This document shows, piece by piece, positions 18,517 to 28,685 of a stretch of DNA of 64,000 bases. The notes below the pieces were generated by a model. It had not been told where the DNA came from. It did no database searches and saw only the letters and a list, made by a program, of their open reading frames with translations. Each line of letters opens with the position of its first letter. Within the stretch, counting starts at the first letter, position 1. The translations under genes and the position numbers were made by a program. Origin of the DNA: Wickerhamiella versatilis (taxonomy: Eukaryota). The stretch is from assembly GCA_030867685.1 (NCBI GenBank), contig JAQOWU010000007.1:1178001-1242000 (forward strand). Direction: 5' to 3'.

Positions 18517-21177
18517 ATGGCACATCGCTTGGTCAGCAGGCACATGGAGGTGGATGAGCCTTTGGCACGCAGCCTGGAACATATACGTTCCCAGGCTGCG
18601 CAAATGCGCAAGTGCCTGAGTACCCCAGGGCAGCTAATGGTTGCCTTGAAACATGCCTCCTTAATGGTGGGTGAACTGCGCAGTAACGAGTTCTCGCCCA
18701 AGGAATATTACGAGCTGTACATTGCCTGTCTTGATGCGCTAATACAGCTCCAAAGCTATCTCGTAGAGGACCATCAAAACCATCATCTTGCCGATATATA
18801 TGAGATGGTTCAGTTTACAGGAAATCTGCTCCCTCGCCTTTACCTCATGATCACAGTAGGATCCGCATTTCTAGCCACACCTGATGCTCCAAAATTCGAT
18901 GTGATAAAGGACATGCTTGAAATGTGTCGAGGTGTTCAGAATCCTCTACGAGGACTGTTTCTACGCTATTTTCTAGGACAGGAAACACGAGGGTCTCTTC
19001 CTACCGGTACTGGCGGTGCTGAAGGTAGTTTAGCTGATTCAATTCAATTCATAATTACAAATTTCGTCGAAATGAACAAGCTCTGGGTACGTCTACAGCA
19101 TGTGGGGCCACTTCGTGAGCGCGAGAAGAGGTTCGAAGAGCGCTGCGACCTTCAACTCATCGTAGGGTCGAATATTCTGCGTTTAGCTGAATTGGACGGT
19201 GTGGATGCCAATGTTTTTGGCGAAAGGGTTCTTCCACTGCTTTTGGAACAAGTCGTTCAGTGTCGAGATTGGCTTGCCCAAGAATATCTGTTGGATGTCA
19301 TCACCCAAGCCTTCCCCGCTGAATTCCACTTTGACACCCTCTCAAAATATCTCTCGGTTATCCAGAAACTGAGTCCTCAGGCATCCCGCCGTAAGGTCTT
19401 ACTGGCCTCTATTGGACGTGTGATTCAATTCGCGGAAGAATCATTACAAGCAGAGGATCAGAAAGCACAGAAAGCCATACACTCTGAGCAAGCGATCGAA
19501 GACACTAAAAAGTCTTTGGATTCTTCACAACAAGAAGCCGAGAAGCAATCTACTTCGTTAGAGGATGAAACTAATAAGGCTCCCTCTAGCGCGAATTCAC
19601 AAAAATCATTAAAACCTTCAGAGTCAGAGGACAACAAACTATCTGAGTCCTCAGAGCATGAGCAAGAGCAAGACCAGGATCAGGAACAAAAACAGGACCA
19701 GGATCAGGACCAGGATCAGGACCAGGATCAGGATCAGGATCAGGATCAGGATCAGGAACAAAAACAGGACCAGGACCAGGACCAGGAGTCTCAGAAGCCA
19801 CCTACCCCACCAAATCAAGAAGCTAAGCATGAGGACGGTCAATCCCTGAAGGAAAATAGTTCACCCGATAAGAATGAACCATCGGAGAACGATGGTCGGA
19901 GCAGACTTATTGCTATACTACAGAGCGCAGTTCGCGACTACTGGTATTTTATCCGTGATCTCACTTTAAATATTGCAGACCGTGCGGCTGTCGCAACCAA
20001 GTTGGCCGAATTAGAGCACATTGCAACTGGTTCTGTTAATCTGGATACTTACTTTGAGTATGTGTCTAAAGAGGATGGTGGCGCGGAAAGTGCTGAATTC
20101 TTAATGAGTTTGTTTGAGCGTACAAAGCCGACCCTCGTACTCGAGAACCCACATTTCCGTTCACTATTGGCTGTACAAAGCTCCAATACCAAGCATTTAG
20201 TAGCCGAAAAGGTCTTAGAGAAGATCCTCAGTGGCTCCTCTACCATCAATGACCTCGAGGTCGCCCAACAAATATTTGGTCTTTTTGGTCTCATAATTAA
20301 AAGTGGAGGTGTTGACCCAATGCGCATGTCAGAATTGGTTCATCTCGTAGATGGTTCAAATCTTGAGGAAACCCTCAAATTACTCCAGCTAGCCCATCGA
20401 ACGCTACGAGAAGGAGGAGTTGATACAATCCGTCAAACTTATGGAGGACTGGTTATGGCAACTTTGCAGGCGTTGAGGGTACACAGTAAGGGCCCAGCAC
20501 GTGAGGCGCTGAAGTTCGTGAATAAGACTATACACGATCTAGCCACGGTTGGTGATCTTCCTCTAGCTGCCCTTAAACTTTATGTTTTTGCCGGATCATG
20601 CACAGATGTTTTAGGCCACCAGGCAGCTGCCTATGAATTTTTTGTTCAGGCATTTACCGTATACGAGGAGCAAGTGTCAGATTCTCGCGCCCAGTTCACT
20701 TCACTTTGTATAATAATAGGCGCTTTGCAGAAATCGAGAGCCTTTTCACCGGAAAACTATGAGACTTTGGCTTTGCGATGCATTTCTTATGCACAAAAGT
20801 TACTCAGGAAGCAGGACCAGTGCCACACCATCCTCTTGTCTGCTCATTTGTGGCTACCCACCTATTCTGAGTATGAAAACAGCACCAAGGTTTTCGATAC
20901 GCTGCAGCGTGCGTTGCGCGTGGCTGATAGCTGTATGGACTCGGGGATTTCCTGTCAACTTTTTGTGGATGCGCTTGATCGTTTCTGTTTTTTTTATGAC
21001 CGCGAAGTTACATCTATAACATCAGAAGATATATCAAGACTTATAGAGCTTATACAAAGCCAACTCGAAAACAGTGATGAAGCGGATGTGAAGTTTGCGA
21101 AGTCACAATTCAAGCGCACGATAGAATATTTGTCGAGCCAGGGATCAGATCGACTCGCTAGTCTCAACCTTGGATAG
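18517..21177 (+). CDS. VPS35: Retromer subunit Vps35 with a large acidic low-complexity insertion
   Basis: ALKHAS, ELR...SPKEYYELY, GNLLPRLYLMITVG, MCRGVQNPLRGLFLRYFL, NFVEMNKLWVRLQH, YEFFVQAFTVYEE. Confidence 0.96.
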   Translation: MAHRLVSRHMEVDEPLARSLEHIRSQAAQMRKCLSTPGQLMVALKHASLMVGELRSNEFSPKEYYELYIACLDALIQLQSYLVEDHQNHHLADIYEMVQFTGNLLPRLYLMITVGSAFLATPDAPKFDVIKDMLEMCRGVQNPLRGLFLRYFLGQETRGSLPTGTGGAEGSLADSIQFIITNFVEMNKLWVRLQHVGPLREREKRFEERCDLQLIVGSNILRLAELDGVDANVFGERVLPLLLEQVVQCRDWLAQEYLLDVITQAFPAEFHFDTLSKYLSVIQKLSPQASRRKVLLASIGRVIQFAEESLQAEDQKAQKAIHSEQAIEDTKKSLDSSQQEAEKQSTSLEDETNKAPSSANSQKSLKPSESEDNKLSESSEHEQEQDQDQEQKQDQDQDQDQDQDQDQDQDQDQEQKQDQDQDQESQKPPTPPNQEAKHEDGQSLKENSSPDKNEPSENDGRSRLIAILQSAVRDYWYFIRDLTLNIADRAAVATKLAELEHIATGSVNLDTYFEYVSKEDGGAESAEFLMSLFERTKPTLVLENPHFRSLLAVQSSNTKHLVAEKVLEKILSGSSTINDLEVAQQIFGLFGLIIKSGGVDPMRMSELVHLVDGSNLEETLKLLQLAHRTLREGGVDTIRQTYGGLVMATLQALRVHSKGPAREALKFVNKTIHDLATVGDLPLAALKLYVFAGSCTDVLGHQAAAYEFFVQAFTVYEEQVSDSRAQFTSLCIIIGALQKSRAFSPENYETLALRCISYAQKLLRKQDQCHTILLSAHLWLPTYSEYENSTKVFDTLQRALRVADSCMDSGISCQLFVDALDRFCFFYDREVTSITSEDISRLIELIQSQLENSDEADVKFAKSQFKRTIEYLSSQGSDRLASLNLG
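19660..19788 (+). repeat. Coding hexanucleotide tandem repeat (CAGGAY)n encoding (QD)n inside VPS35
   Basis: CAGGAT/CAGGAC units read directly; the interrupting block CAGGAACAAAAA recurs at 72-bp spacing. Confidence 0.97.
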
Positions 21178-21419
21178 AATATTGGTATTTTTATGTTTAA
21201 ACTGGTATATCTCACGACATGATAAGAAAGCTGGTATTTGAATCGTTATGTAAAAACAAGTGTAGCCACGAACGAAATCTAGCTGTACCGCCAACTATTT
21301 TAATTAAAATTATATGAGTCTATGTTTCATTCTCAGAGTTTTAAAGCCTACACTTAGGATTGCTCACTTCCTGGAATAGCGACAGTACAAAACCAATGCA
21401 AATCGACGTTCAGTGAATA

Positions 21420-22274
21420 TTAATAGTGCAAAGACCGAACAAAAGAGAAGTCTCTGGCTTGCTTAAGTGCACAATAATGTGCGTACGCAGCTGCAACTAC
21501 AAATACATGAAAAATTTGATGTGAATGCCCAATATAGTCGTACCTTCCTGGGCAATACTTCTCAGGAACTCTGAGTGCGTATATAGCAGCACCAGTAATA
21601 TACAATATTGCCTCAGCATACAACCATGTTGTCCCGGCCCTCATATTGGTCTCACTGTAACCAAAAACAATTGATCCAGCGACAATGGGCAGCACACCAC
21701 TGAGCCCATAGGCTACAAAGATTGTGGCTCTATAGGCTCTCCACTCAGGTCTGCGAAATTTATCAAGTAAAGACACAACGCAGCACGTAGACCCTAGTAT
21801 TGTTGTCAAGCACACAAACACGAAACGCATGGCATGAGAGTCATCAAATGCATAATTAAGTAGAGAAATCATCGAAGTTGCTATCAGCACACAGATTCCA
21901 ACATAATCCAATTTGTTGCCATACACTGCTACTTTATGGGAGTGCGATTTAACGGTATGGAAGGTAGCACTCATGCCGAGACAACTGGCACATCCCACAC
22001 CGAAAAGAAGCATTGACTGTTCCCAGCTGAAAATAATGAGGAGTAGTGCAAATGCCGGGAAAAGGTGTGTGTATATATTTCCTGTTTCGTTGTGAGCATA
22101 GAGGAGTGATTTTGCAACAGCCACAAAACTTCCTTCAGCAGGAACATAACCATCGAGAATATGTTCATTATCGCGCTGCCACTCTTCCAACTCATTCCAT
22201 TTCAACAGATACTTTTTACCATCCTTGATACCATGAGTTTCTGAAGGATGAATGAAAGGCCCGCGGCGACGCAT
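21420..22274 (-). CDS. PAQR / haemolysin-III family membrane protein (Izh2-like)
   Basis: WQRDNEHI, HNETGNIYTH, SATFHT..SHS, LDYVGI, PEKYCPGRYDYIGHSHQIFH. Confidence 0.92.
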   Translation of the reverse strand: MRRRGPFIHPSETHGIKDGKKYLLKWNELEEWQRDNEHILDGYVPAEGSFVAVAKSLLYAHNETGNIYTHLFPAFALLLIIFSWEQSMLLFGVGCASCLGMSATFHTVKSHSHKVAVYGNKLDYVGICVLIATSMISLLNYAFDDSHAMRFVFVCLTTILGSTCCVVSLLDKFRRPEWRAYRATIFVAYGLSGVLPIVAGSIVFGYSETNMRAGTTWLYAEAILYITGAAIYALRVPEKYCPGRYDYIGHSHQIFHVFVVAAAYAHYCALKQARDFSFVRSLHY

Positions 22275-22397
22275 TGATTACGAGGTTGTTGTGCAGGATG
22301 CACCCAACAAAAGCATCATCTATGAGTGTGTGAATTATTTAATAGTCAATAGCGTTTTCTTAGAATAGAATAATCTATTAAATTGATACTTTGATGC

Positions 22398-23426
22398 TTA
22401 TGCCTCAAATGGCTGCTCGACAACTGATACCACAACCTTTTGTTCAGGATGTTCTTGTGCCCAGTTGTGAGCTCTCTGTATATGCTCCAAAGGAAAAAGC
22501 GCATCCATTTGAACATCCATTCTGCCATTTGCAAACCTCCATAAAACATGATCGTCTATAAAATTCCGTAATGGTGCTTGTTCCTCAGGGCTAAGTCCTC
22601 GAATCATCGTACCATGAATATGCAGATGTCGCATCACTGCATCAAATAGATTGGTTGATAATGAAGGTTGATAGCCAAGGAGCACCATATGTTGACCAGG
22701 GGCAAGAACTTGAAAGTTACTTTCAGAATTATACCCACGAGAGTCGATCACCAGCTGAAGACCTTTTGGGTCCCATTTTTTCACCTTTTCCACGTCTAAA
22801 TCCTCAAGTAGAATCACCTCGTCAATAAGAGCTCCAAGCAGCCGCAGTTCGCTCTCCTTGAGATTTTTCCCAACGCAATAAACACGACGGCAGCCTAACA
22901 ATTGCAAGAGTTTTACCATGGCACGACCCACTGGGAGCTCCGCATCCTTCACTAGTGCCTTACCCCGTTTCTGGAATGCCCCATCATATTTTACGGCGCG
23001 CACAGCTGTATACCATACAACGGGAATCGCAGCTGCTTCAGTTATAGACAAGCCAGGAGGTTTAACTAGAAGTGTCCGGTAATCACATACCACATACTCT
23101 GCGTATGCTCCACCAGGAACCAGTCCAAGTACGTACTCACCTACATTCAGTCCCTTAGAGCGAATCGAATGAGTTGGGACTTCAGCGGCATCAGATCCTA
23201 ATTCGACAATTACTCCTGAAAATTCTTGACCTAGAATAGGAGAGACAGAGGCCGGTAATGGATATTTATTGCTGCGCTGGATAATATCAATCTGGGATAT
23301 GCCGAATGCATAGACCTTGACCAGCGCTTGTCCAGGACCTGGCTTGGGAATAGGGCATTGAGACAGATAGAGATTTTCTGCAGGACCATGTTCATTCAGA
23401 ACCTTAACTACCTTCATGGAGGTCAT
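22398..23426 (-). CDS. MDR-family NADPH:quinone oxidoreductase (PIG3-like), divergent
   Basis: GPAENL, PKPGPGQALVKV, YPLPASVSPILGQEFSG, GGAYAEY, EAAAIP..WYTA; the cofactor loop is atypical. Confidence 0.8.
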   Translation of the reverse strand: MTSMKVVKVLNEHGPAENLYLSQCPIPKPGPGQALVKVYAFGISQIDIIQRSNKYPLPASVSPILGQEFSGVIVELGSDAAEVPTHSIRSKGLNVGEYVLGLVPGGAYAEYVVCDYRTLLVKPPGLSITEAAAIPVVWYTAVRAVKYDGAFQKRGKALVKDAELPVGRAMVKLLQLLGCRRVYCVGKNLKESELRLLGALIDEVILLEDLDVEKVKKWDPKGLQLVIDSRGYNSESNFQVLAPGQHMVLLGYQPSLSTNLFDAVMRHLHIHGTMIRGLSPEEQAPLRNFIDDHVLWRFANGRMDVQMDALFPLEHIQRAHNWAQEHPEQKVVVSVVEQPFEA

Positions 23427-23764
23427 TTATGTTGCTCGGAAGGTTTGTGTTGGGCTTTTGTAGGCACATACCAAATCGGGTTTTGAGGGTTTTTGGAAGA
23501 GGTCAAGAAATATGCCGCATTTGGACATAGCTTACAGAGCTTCAGTATCCGAATATATTTTCGCGAAAGTCTACGTGAAGAGATGAAGTCTCATGTGTTA
23601 CGGAATAGATTAAATATTTGGGAATTGCATGGCCTCCCTATGGGTTCTTCCAGAAAGGGTGAACACCATTATATTCGAATATGTATAGAAAAAAAAATCT
23701 TTTAACACAATATATCATAACTGATTAGCCCAGTTCTTCTTGTTCACGTGAATGGCTAGGATGT

Positions 23765-23781
23765 GCGCGTACTCGACGCGT
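23765..23781 (+). promoter_or_regulatory. MCB (MBF-binding) elements in the CDC6 promoter
   Basis: GCGCGT at 23765-23770 and perfect ACGCGT at 23776-23781, about 210 bp upstream of CDC6, a classic MBF target. Confidence 0.7.
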
Positions 23782-23987
23782 CCCAATTAAGGGTTAGGTT
23801 TACATCAGTGTCCAAATTTCCGAGATTTAAGAATATTAATTGAGCAACTTATCTCATATTCGCTTACGAGTGTTCTTAAATCTGACGACCATCCTTCTCA
23901 CTCTTTTTGTACAGCGTTAATCGATTCAACCAGCCACCTCCACACCATTTTCAGCATCAAATTTGTCACCCAATAAAGCACCACGAC

Positions 23988-25358
23988 ATGCCGTTGACGC
24001 CAATAAAGCGTGTCGCCAGACGAGAACCAACACGTATAAAACCAAAAGCGGATGAGACTGCCACCAGCTCTATGCCTACACCTCCTCCTAGCGCCAAGAA
24101 ACGAAAATTTGATAGTAACACTGACACTATTTTTTTCCATGGAAAAGCTCTATTTCAGCGCGGCTCGAAACAAAGGCACGTTGTAAGGCGAGATGAAGAG
24201 CGCTCCAAGTTAATTAATTATGTGGAACCTCGACTAACAAGCAATACTTCAGGGGCTATGTATCTCTCGGGGCTTCCTGGAACCGGAAAGTCCGCACTCG
24301 TTGCTGAGGCTCTCCCTAGTATTCTCCATGGAGCTCGCCTTGCGAATATTAACTGCATGACCACCACACCAGATCAAATATATGCCCTTATTGCAAAAGA
24401 ATTCGAATATATAAACCGTAATGCGCGAATTTCAAAAGATGAAGCGGTGGAACTTTTGGATAACATCTTTAGTACACCAACTCAGAGTCACGTTCTAGTT
24501 CTTGACGAAATGGATCATATTCTGACTTCAGACCAGGAAGTTCTATTTAAGATATTTGAATGGGCAACAGGTCGTACAAACCTAGTTGTCGTTGGAATAG
24601 CAAACGCGATCGATCTCACGGACCGGTTTTTACCTCGGCTTCAGGCTCATGACCTCAAGCCTGAGGTTCTGCCTTTTAAACCCTATTCGACGACAGATAT
24701 TGTCGCGATCATTGAGCAAAGACTGAAAACCTTGAATGGTGAGCAACTAATACACCCTGGCGCTATTAGAATTTGCGCAGCGAAAACTGCGGCAAACTCT
24801 GGTGATTTACGCAAAGCTTTTGATATCTGTCGAAAAGCCATTGAGATGGTAGAAGAGGAAGGCGAATCGCTAGTCCAAGTCAAACATGTGGCTAAGGTTT
24901 GCTCACAGGCATTTGGAGGTTCTGATGGGCGTGGTTATATTCAGGACCTTCAATTTCAGCAAAAAGCAGTTCTTTGTGTCCTCTGTCTCGTGGAACGTCA
25001 ATGGTGCTCTGGTGACCCTTTGACCGTTCAAAAGCTCTATAATGAGTACGTGCGCTACGCCAACAATAATCCTGCTGTGTCTAATCTTCTCTACTCCGAA
25101 TTCAGTGAGGTACTGTCCGCACTTGATGCCCAGGGTCTGATAACTATAGCAGGGATGTGCGTGAAAAGGGGTCTTGGATCTCGCGGACAGGTAAGGCTCT
25201 CCCATGGAGGAGGAGGGGCTGTTCAGAATAAGGGCCAATCAGGCTATCGCGAAGAATTCGGTCTCAGACGTGTTACAGCTAGGACTCCGCTGATGGATGT
25301 TGTTACCGCTCTGGCCGATAATCCCCCACTGAAACAGATGCTGATGAGCGAACTGTAA
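23988..25358 (+). CDS. CDC6: Replication licensing AAA+ ATPase Cdc6/Cdc18
   Basis: N-terminal CDK sites (TPIKR, TPPPSAKKRK), Walker A GLPGTGKS, Walker B VLDEMD, GIANAIDLTDRFLPRL, GDLRKAFD; first ATG at 23988. Confidence 0.95.
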   Translation: MPLTPIKRVARREPTRIKPKADETATSSMPTPPPSAKKRKFDSNTDTIFFHGKALFQRGSKQRHVVRRDEERSKLINYVEPRLTSNTSGAMYLSGLPGTGKSALVAEALPSILHGARLANINCMTTTPDQIYALIAKEFEYINRNARISKDEAVELLDNIFSTPTQSHVLVLDEMDHILTSDQEVLFKIFEWATGRTNLVVVGIANAIDLTDRFLPRLQAHDLKPEVLPFKPYSTTDIVAIIEQRLKTLNGEQLIHPGAIRICAAKTAANSGDLRKAFDICRKAIEMVEEEGESLVQVKHVAKVCSQAFGGSDGRGYIQDLQFQQKAVLCVLCLVERQWCSGDPLTVQKLYNEYVRYANNNPAVSNLLYSEFSEVLSALDAQGLITIAGMCVKRGLGSRGQVRLSHGGGGAVQNKGQSGYREEFGLRRVTARTPLMDVVTALADNPPLKQMLMSEL

Positions 25359-25751
25359 GATACTTGTTTACACGAATTAATTAAAAATGTCCGCATGCAT
25401 AGTAGTCCCTCATATGCCACTTCATTTATCTTATTCTTTATTCTAGACGTTAGTTTGAAGGCCTCATATTAAGCATGCTACTTTTTTTTCGATAGCCTTT
25501 CAGTTATTGAGGCAACTACTGTTCCTGATAAAAGACGCCGTCACCATTGCATATAGTGGTTAGGGTAGGAGGCTAATTCAATAGCTGCGTCTGGCTGTAT
25601 CTTAATGAATCTAACCAGCAAAAAAAGATAATGGTAATCATTGAATTGAATGATTTTGTTATAGGGTTAGGTGGAACTGCGCAATTGGAACACAAAGACA
25701 CACAGACTGCACTATGTTAGGTCAGCGGAATATTCGACCTAGGGTGGCGCT

Positions 25752-26483
25752 ATGGCTCTGAAGAATGAATTGTTCGATCCCGAAATGGTTGAATTACCAT
25801 TTTCTGAACTCAAGAATACTGCTACATCATCCTGTCTGGAGACCAGTGGACTCTTACATCCTATTGTTAACACCCCATTTTTGACTGATCAGCCCATTCT
25901 AACACTATATGATTCACTTTCTTTTGAGAATACAAATGATTTGCAGCTTAGCACACAGGGAAGTAGTATATCAGAGCAGTATTTCCCAAGTTTCGAGGAA
26001 GTTCCCGGCCTTGATGATATCCCTCCTCTCGAGGCCTCATATCAAGGTAAGAAAGATTTTCATACTTTAGAGACACCTGTTAGGAATACAGCTAATTCCA
26101 TGAGTGATATTAAGTCTCAAGAAATATTGGATGAAGAAATCTTATTTCAAGCATGTGCTGATGTTAACGCAGCACCTTCATGTGAGGGTGAAACGCCAGA
26201 ACTGATTCCTAAAGCTCCATCCCATTTTGTGCCAGTCCAGAACTGCCAGAAAATCCTGGCAAATACACTTGAAGGTGCTGATACTGTTGCTCTTAGACGC
26301 TATCGTAACATGCAAGCAGCTCGGAGGTCACGAGCCCGCCGGCGTACGGGTGCTATATCTGAGCTTAGTGCAGTCAATGAGAAAATATTCAGAGAGAATA
26401 TGGATCTCAAAGAAGAAAACGCACGATTGAGGCGTCTGCTCGCTGGCTTCAGCAAGGAGCTACCCCGTTCTGAGCTTAGATAA
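25752..26483 (+). CDS. GCN4: bZIP transcription factor, Gcn4/CpcA-like
   Basis: Acidic N-terminus; basic region [21 protein letters not shown] matches the Gcn4 pattern [21 protein letters not shown]; leucine zipper follows; orthology is not certain. Confidence 0.65.
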   Translation: [243 protein letters not shown]

Positions 26484-26597
26484 ACCAACTAAACCAACAT
26501 ATATATCTAAAGAATATGGGTAAGCACTTGCTTCAATAAATTTAAAAAAAAATGTGCTTTTATCATCATCGAAATTTAGAGTAATCCAAAAAAATTA

Positions 26598-26701
26598 TGC
26601 CTTCGGCGAGGTTCGAACTCGCGACCTCAGGATGACCCTCGATTGTAATCGAAGTCATACTGCGTATGAGACCTGCGCTCTTCCTACTGAGCTACGAAGA
26701 C
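26598..26701 (-). tRNA. tRNA-Met(CAT), elongator type, with 31-nt intron (26634-26664)
   Basis: Cloverleaf GTCTTCG/CGAAGGC, D arm GCTC-AGTAGGAA-GAGC, anticodon loop CTCATA^A, T arm GCGAG-TTCGAAC-CTCGC; 73 nt mature; oligo-T terminator. Confidence 0.95.
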
Positions 26702-26924
26702 TGATCTGTGGATGCAGACTTGAAAATAATTTAATCAAGCCCAAAATTTTAAACTGATTTCTCAGCATTTTTAAATCTTCTCCAGATCAATAAATATGTA
26801 TGCCATTGTCAACTGTAATATATCATTGTGCTAGATAATTTAACAGAACCAGTGTACCAAATAGTTCTTTCGGATGCACTAAAATACTAAGTCATTATCA
26901 CATAGCTGTGAGCATGCATCGGCC

Positions 26925-28664
26925 CTATACCTTGGGGTTCTGCTTGGCTTCCTCCATTTCATGTTCCTTCTTCTCGCGGTCTGCCTCAAGCAATTGGGCA
27001 AACTTCGACCTTTCACGAACTCTGGGTCCGTAGAAATAGAACAGATATACAGGAATCATGGCAATCACACCTATGCATCCTAAAAGTGTGGACGCCCATT
27101 GGAGATGGAATCGATTACCTATGTTGCTATACATAGGTGTTGAGTACATCGTTGCAATTCCTGCGAGCAGATCACGAGCGAATCCATTGCCACCAGTGGC
27201 AGAGGCAGAATAAGGGCCATACGCAGCAACCATATAATCAATGGTCGCCGCATAAATATCAAAATTTGCTATTGCGATTAGCGCAGCAAAAATCAAAGGC
27301 GCTATCCAGGGACAGTTCCTACAAAAATATACACCAGACTCGTCAGACCCTTGAGTCGTCCATGCGAAGCCCAACAAACCAATAGGTTCGAGGGGTCCAA
27401 GAAATAAAAGCAAAAGAAGTCTACGTTCCGCGGTACGTGCAGCCTTACCATCACGTTTGTGAATATATCTTTGTCGAAGGACATCAGGTATAACGATAAG
27501 GTATGCAATGACATAGCCAATTAGGATTGATCCGAAAGCCATTCCAACCGCTAGTGTATTGAAGTCCCATGCCTTTGGGTCAGTGGTATTCTCTGTCGTT
27601 GTTTGGGAAAATACAAGAGAGAAACTAGACGTAAATACAAAAATGAGAGCGTCTGAAAATCCTGAGAGAAGTGACAGGAACAAAACTATAGGTTCGCGCA
27701 CAAACATTTCGAACGGTCGTCTCCATATTCGTAGAATCTCCCTTAGCTCAAGCCTGTGCTCCTTTATCTCATCAGGACCCCAGATATCAGTGTCCTCACC
27801 TGTCTTACGACGCCTTCTGGCCTCACGATCGAGAAGCGTGGTGGAACGAGTTTCTCTTACCAGTAGGAAATGTACTAATTGCGTAAACCCACCTACGATG
27901 AGCTGTATCCAGAAGTTCCAGTGCCAACTCGGGGTCCACTGGCCAATCATGCCTCCAAAAAATGGTCCAATGGTGGAACCACCCACGGATGATAGTACCA
28001 CTGTGGCTAGTCCAAGACCCTGATCATATGAGTCCCATAGATCAGCCACCATGCCCAGGGTGACAGAGCCACCCGCTGAACTCAGCCCCAAAAGAATGCG
28101 TCCAACTATAAGGGAACCAAAGTTGGGTGCCAAAGCACAAAGAATTTGCCAAATATTCACAAGGAAGAGCGATAACTGCATTATGGGCCATCTGCCGAAC
28201 TCCTCCGACCACGGTGCCCACAGCTCACAGCCAAATGCATAGCAGATAAGCATTACTGCCTGGCCCACTCGGAGTGCTTGGTCACTCTTATCTGGCCATT
28301 CTTCTTTAAACTGGGCTAAACTTGAAGCATATGTGCCGGAATTGAAGTTCATTGACATCTGTACAAGGGCAATGACGATAATGGTTAGCCATTTCCTGTA
28401 CGGTGACCAGCAGTAAGGCAAAATATGTAGACAATCCTTCTCAAGTAATACACGCTTGCCGCCTATGAGATTCGATGGGACCTTTGACGGCTCCACGTCC
28501 TCATGAGCTAGTTCCTCGTCTGGAGCATTTTCCTCATACGAAAAACTAGGTGCACTGAATGTCTTCTTCACTGGTGGACCCATAGTGGGCTCATCCACGT
28601 GCTGGGTGATTATATCCTTTGAATTATCATCTTCAGCACTCTTGGTACTTCCACTAGAAGCCAT
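26925..28664 (-). CDS. FFZ1: MFS transporter of the DHA1-related Ffz fructose facilitator type
   Basis: 12-TM MFS; motifs VQMSMNFN, YAFGCELWAPWSEEFGRWP, LSSAGGSVTLG, REPIVLFLSLLSGFSDALIF, YGPYSASATGGNGFARD recalled as typical of Ffz-like proteins; substrate is inferred. Confidence 0.75.
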   Translation of the reverse strand: MASSGSTKSAEDDNSKDIITQHVDEPTMGPPVKKTFSAPSFSYEENAPDEELAHEDVEPSKVPSNLIGGKRVLLEKDCLHILPYCWSPYRKWLTIIVIALVQMSMNFNSGTYASSLAQFKEEWPDKSDQALRVGQAVMLICYAFGCELWAPWSEEFGRWPIMQLSLFLVNIWQILCALAPNFGSLIVGRILLGLSSAGGSVTLGMVADLWDSYDQGLGLATVVLSSVGGSTIGPFFGGMIGQWTPSWHWNFWIQLIVGGFTQLVHFLLVRETRSTTLLDREARRRRKTGEDTDIWGPDEIKEHRLELREILRIWRRPFEMFVREPIVLFLSLLSGFSDALIFVFTSSFSLVFSQTTTENTTDPKAWDFNTLAVGMAFGSILIGYVIAYLIVIPDVLRQRYIHKRDGKAARTAERRLLLLLFLGPLEPIGLLGFAWTTQGSDESGVYFCRNCPWIAPLIFAALIAIANFDIYAATIDYMVAAYGPYSASATGGNGFARDLLAGIATMYSTPMYSNIGNRFHLQWASTLLGCIGVIAMIPVYLFYFYGPRVRERSKFAQLLEADREKKEHEMEEAKQNPKV

Positions 28665-28685
28665 TATAATGACAAATCAGTAATA

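Noticed and set aside
19586-19849. Alternative-frame ORFs with PD, IL/VL or RI/RT dipeptide repeats
   Set aside because: They are frame shadows of the CAGGAY repeat within VPS35
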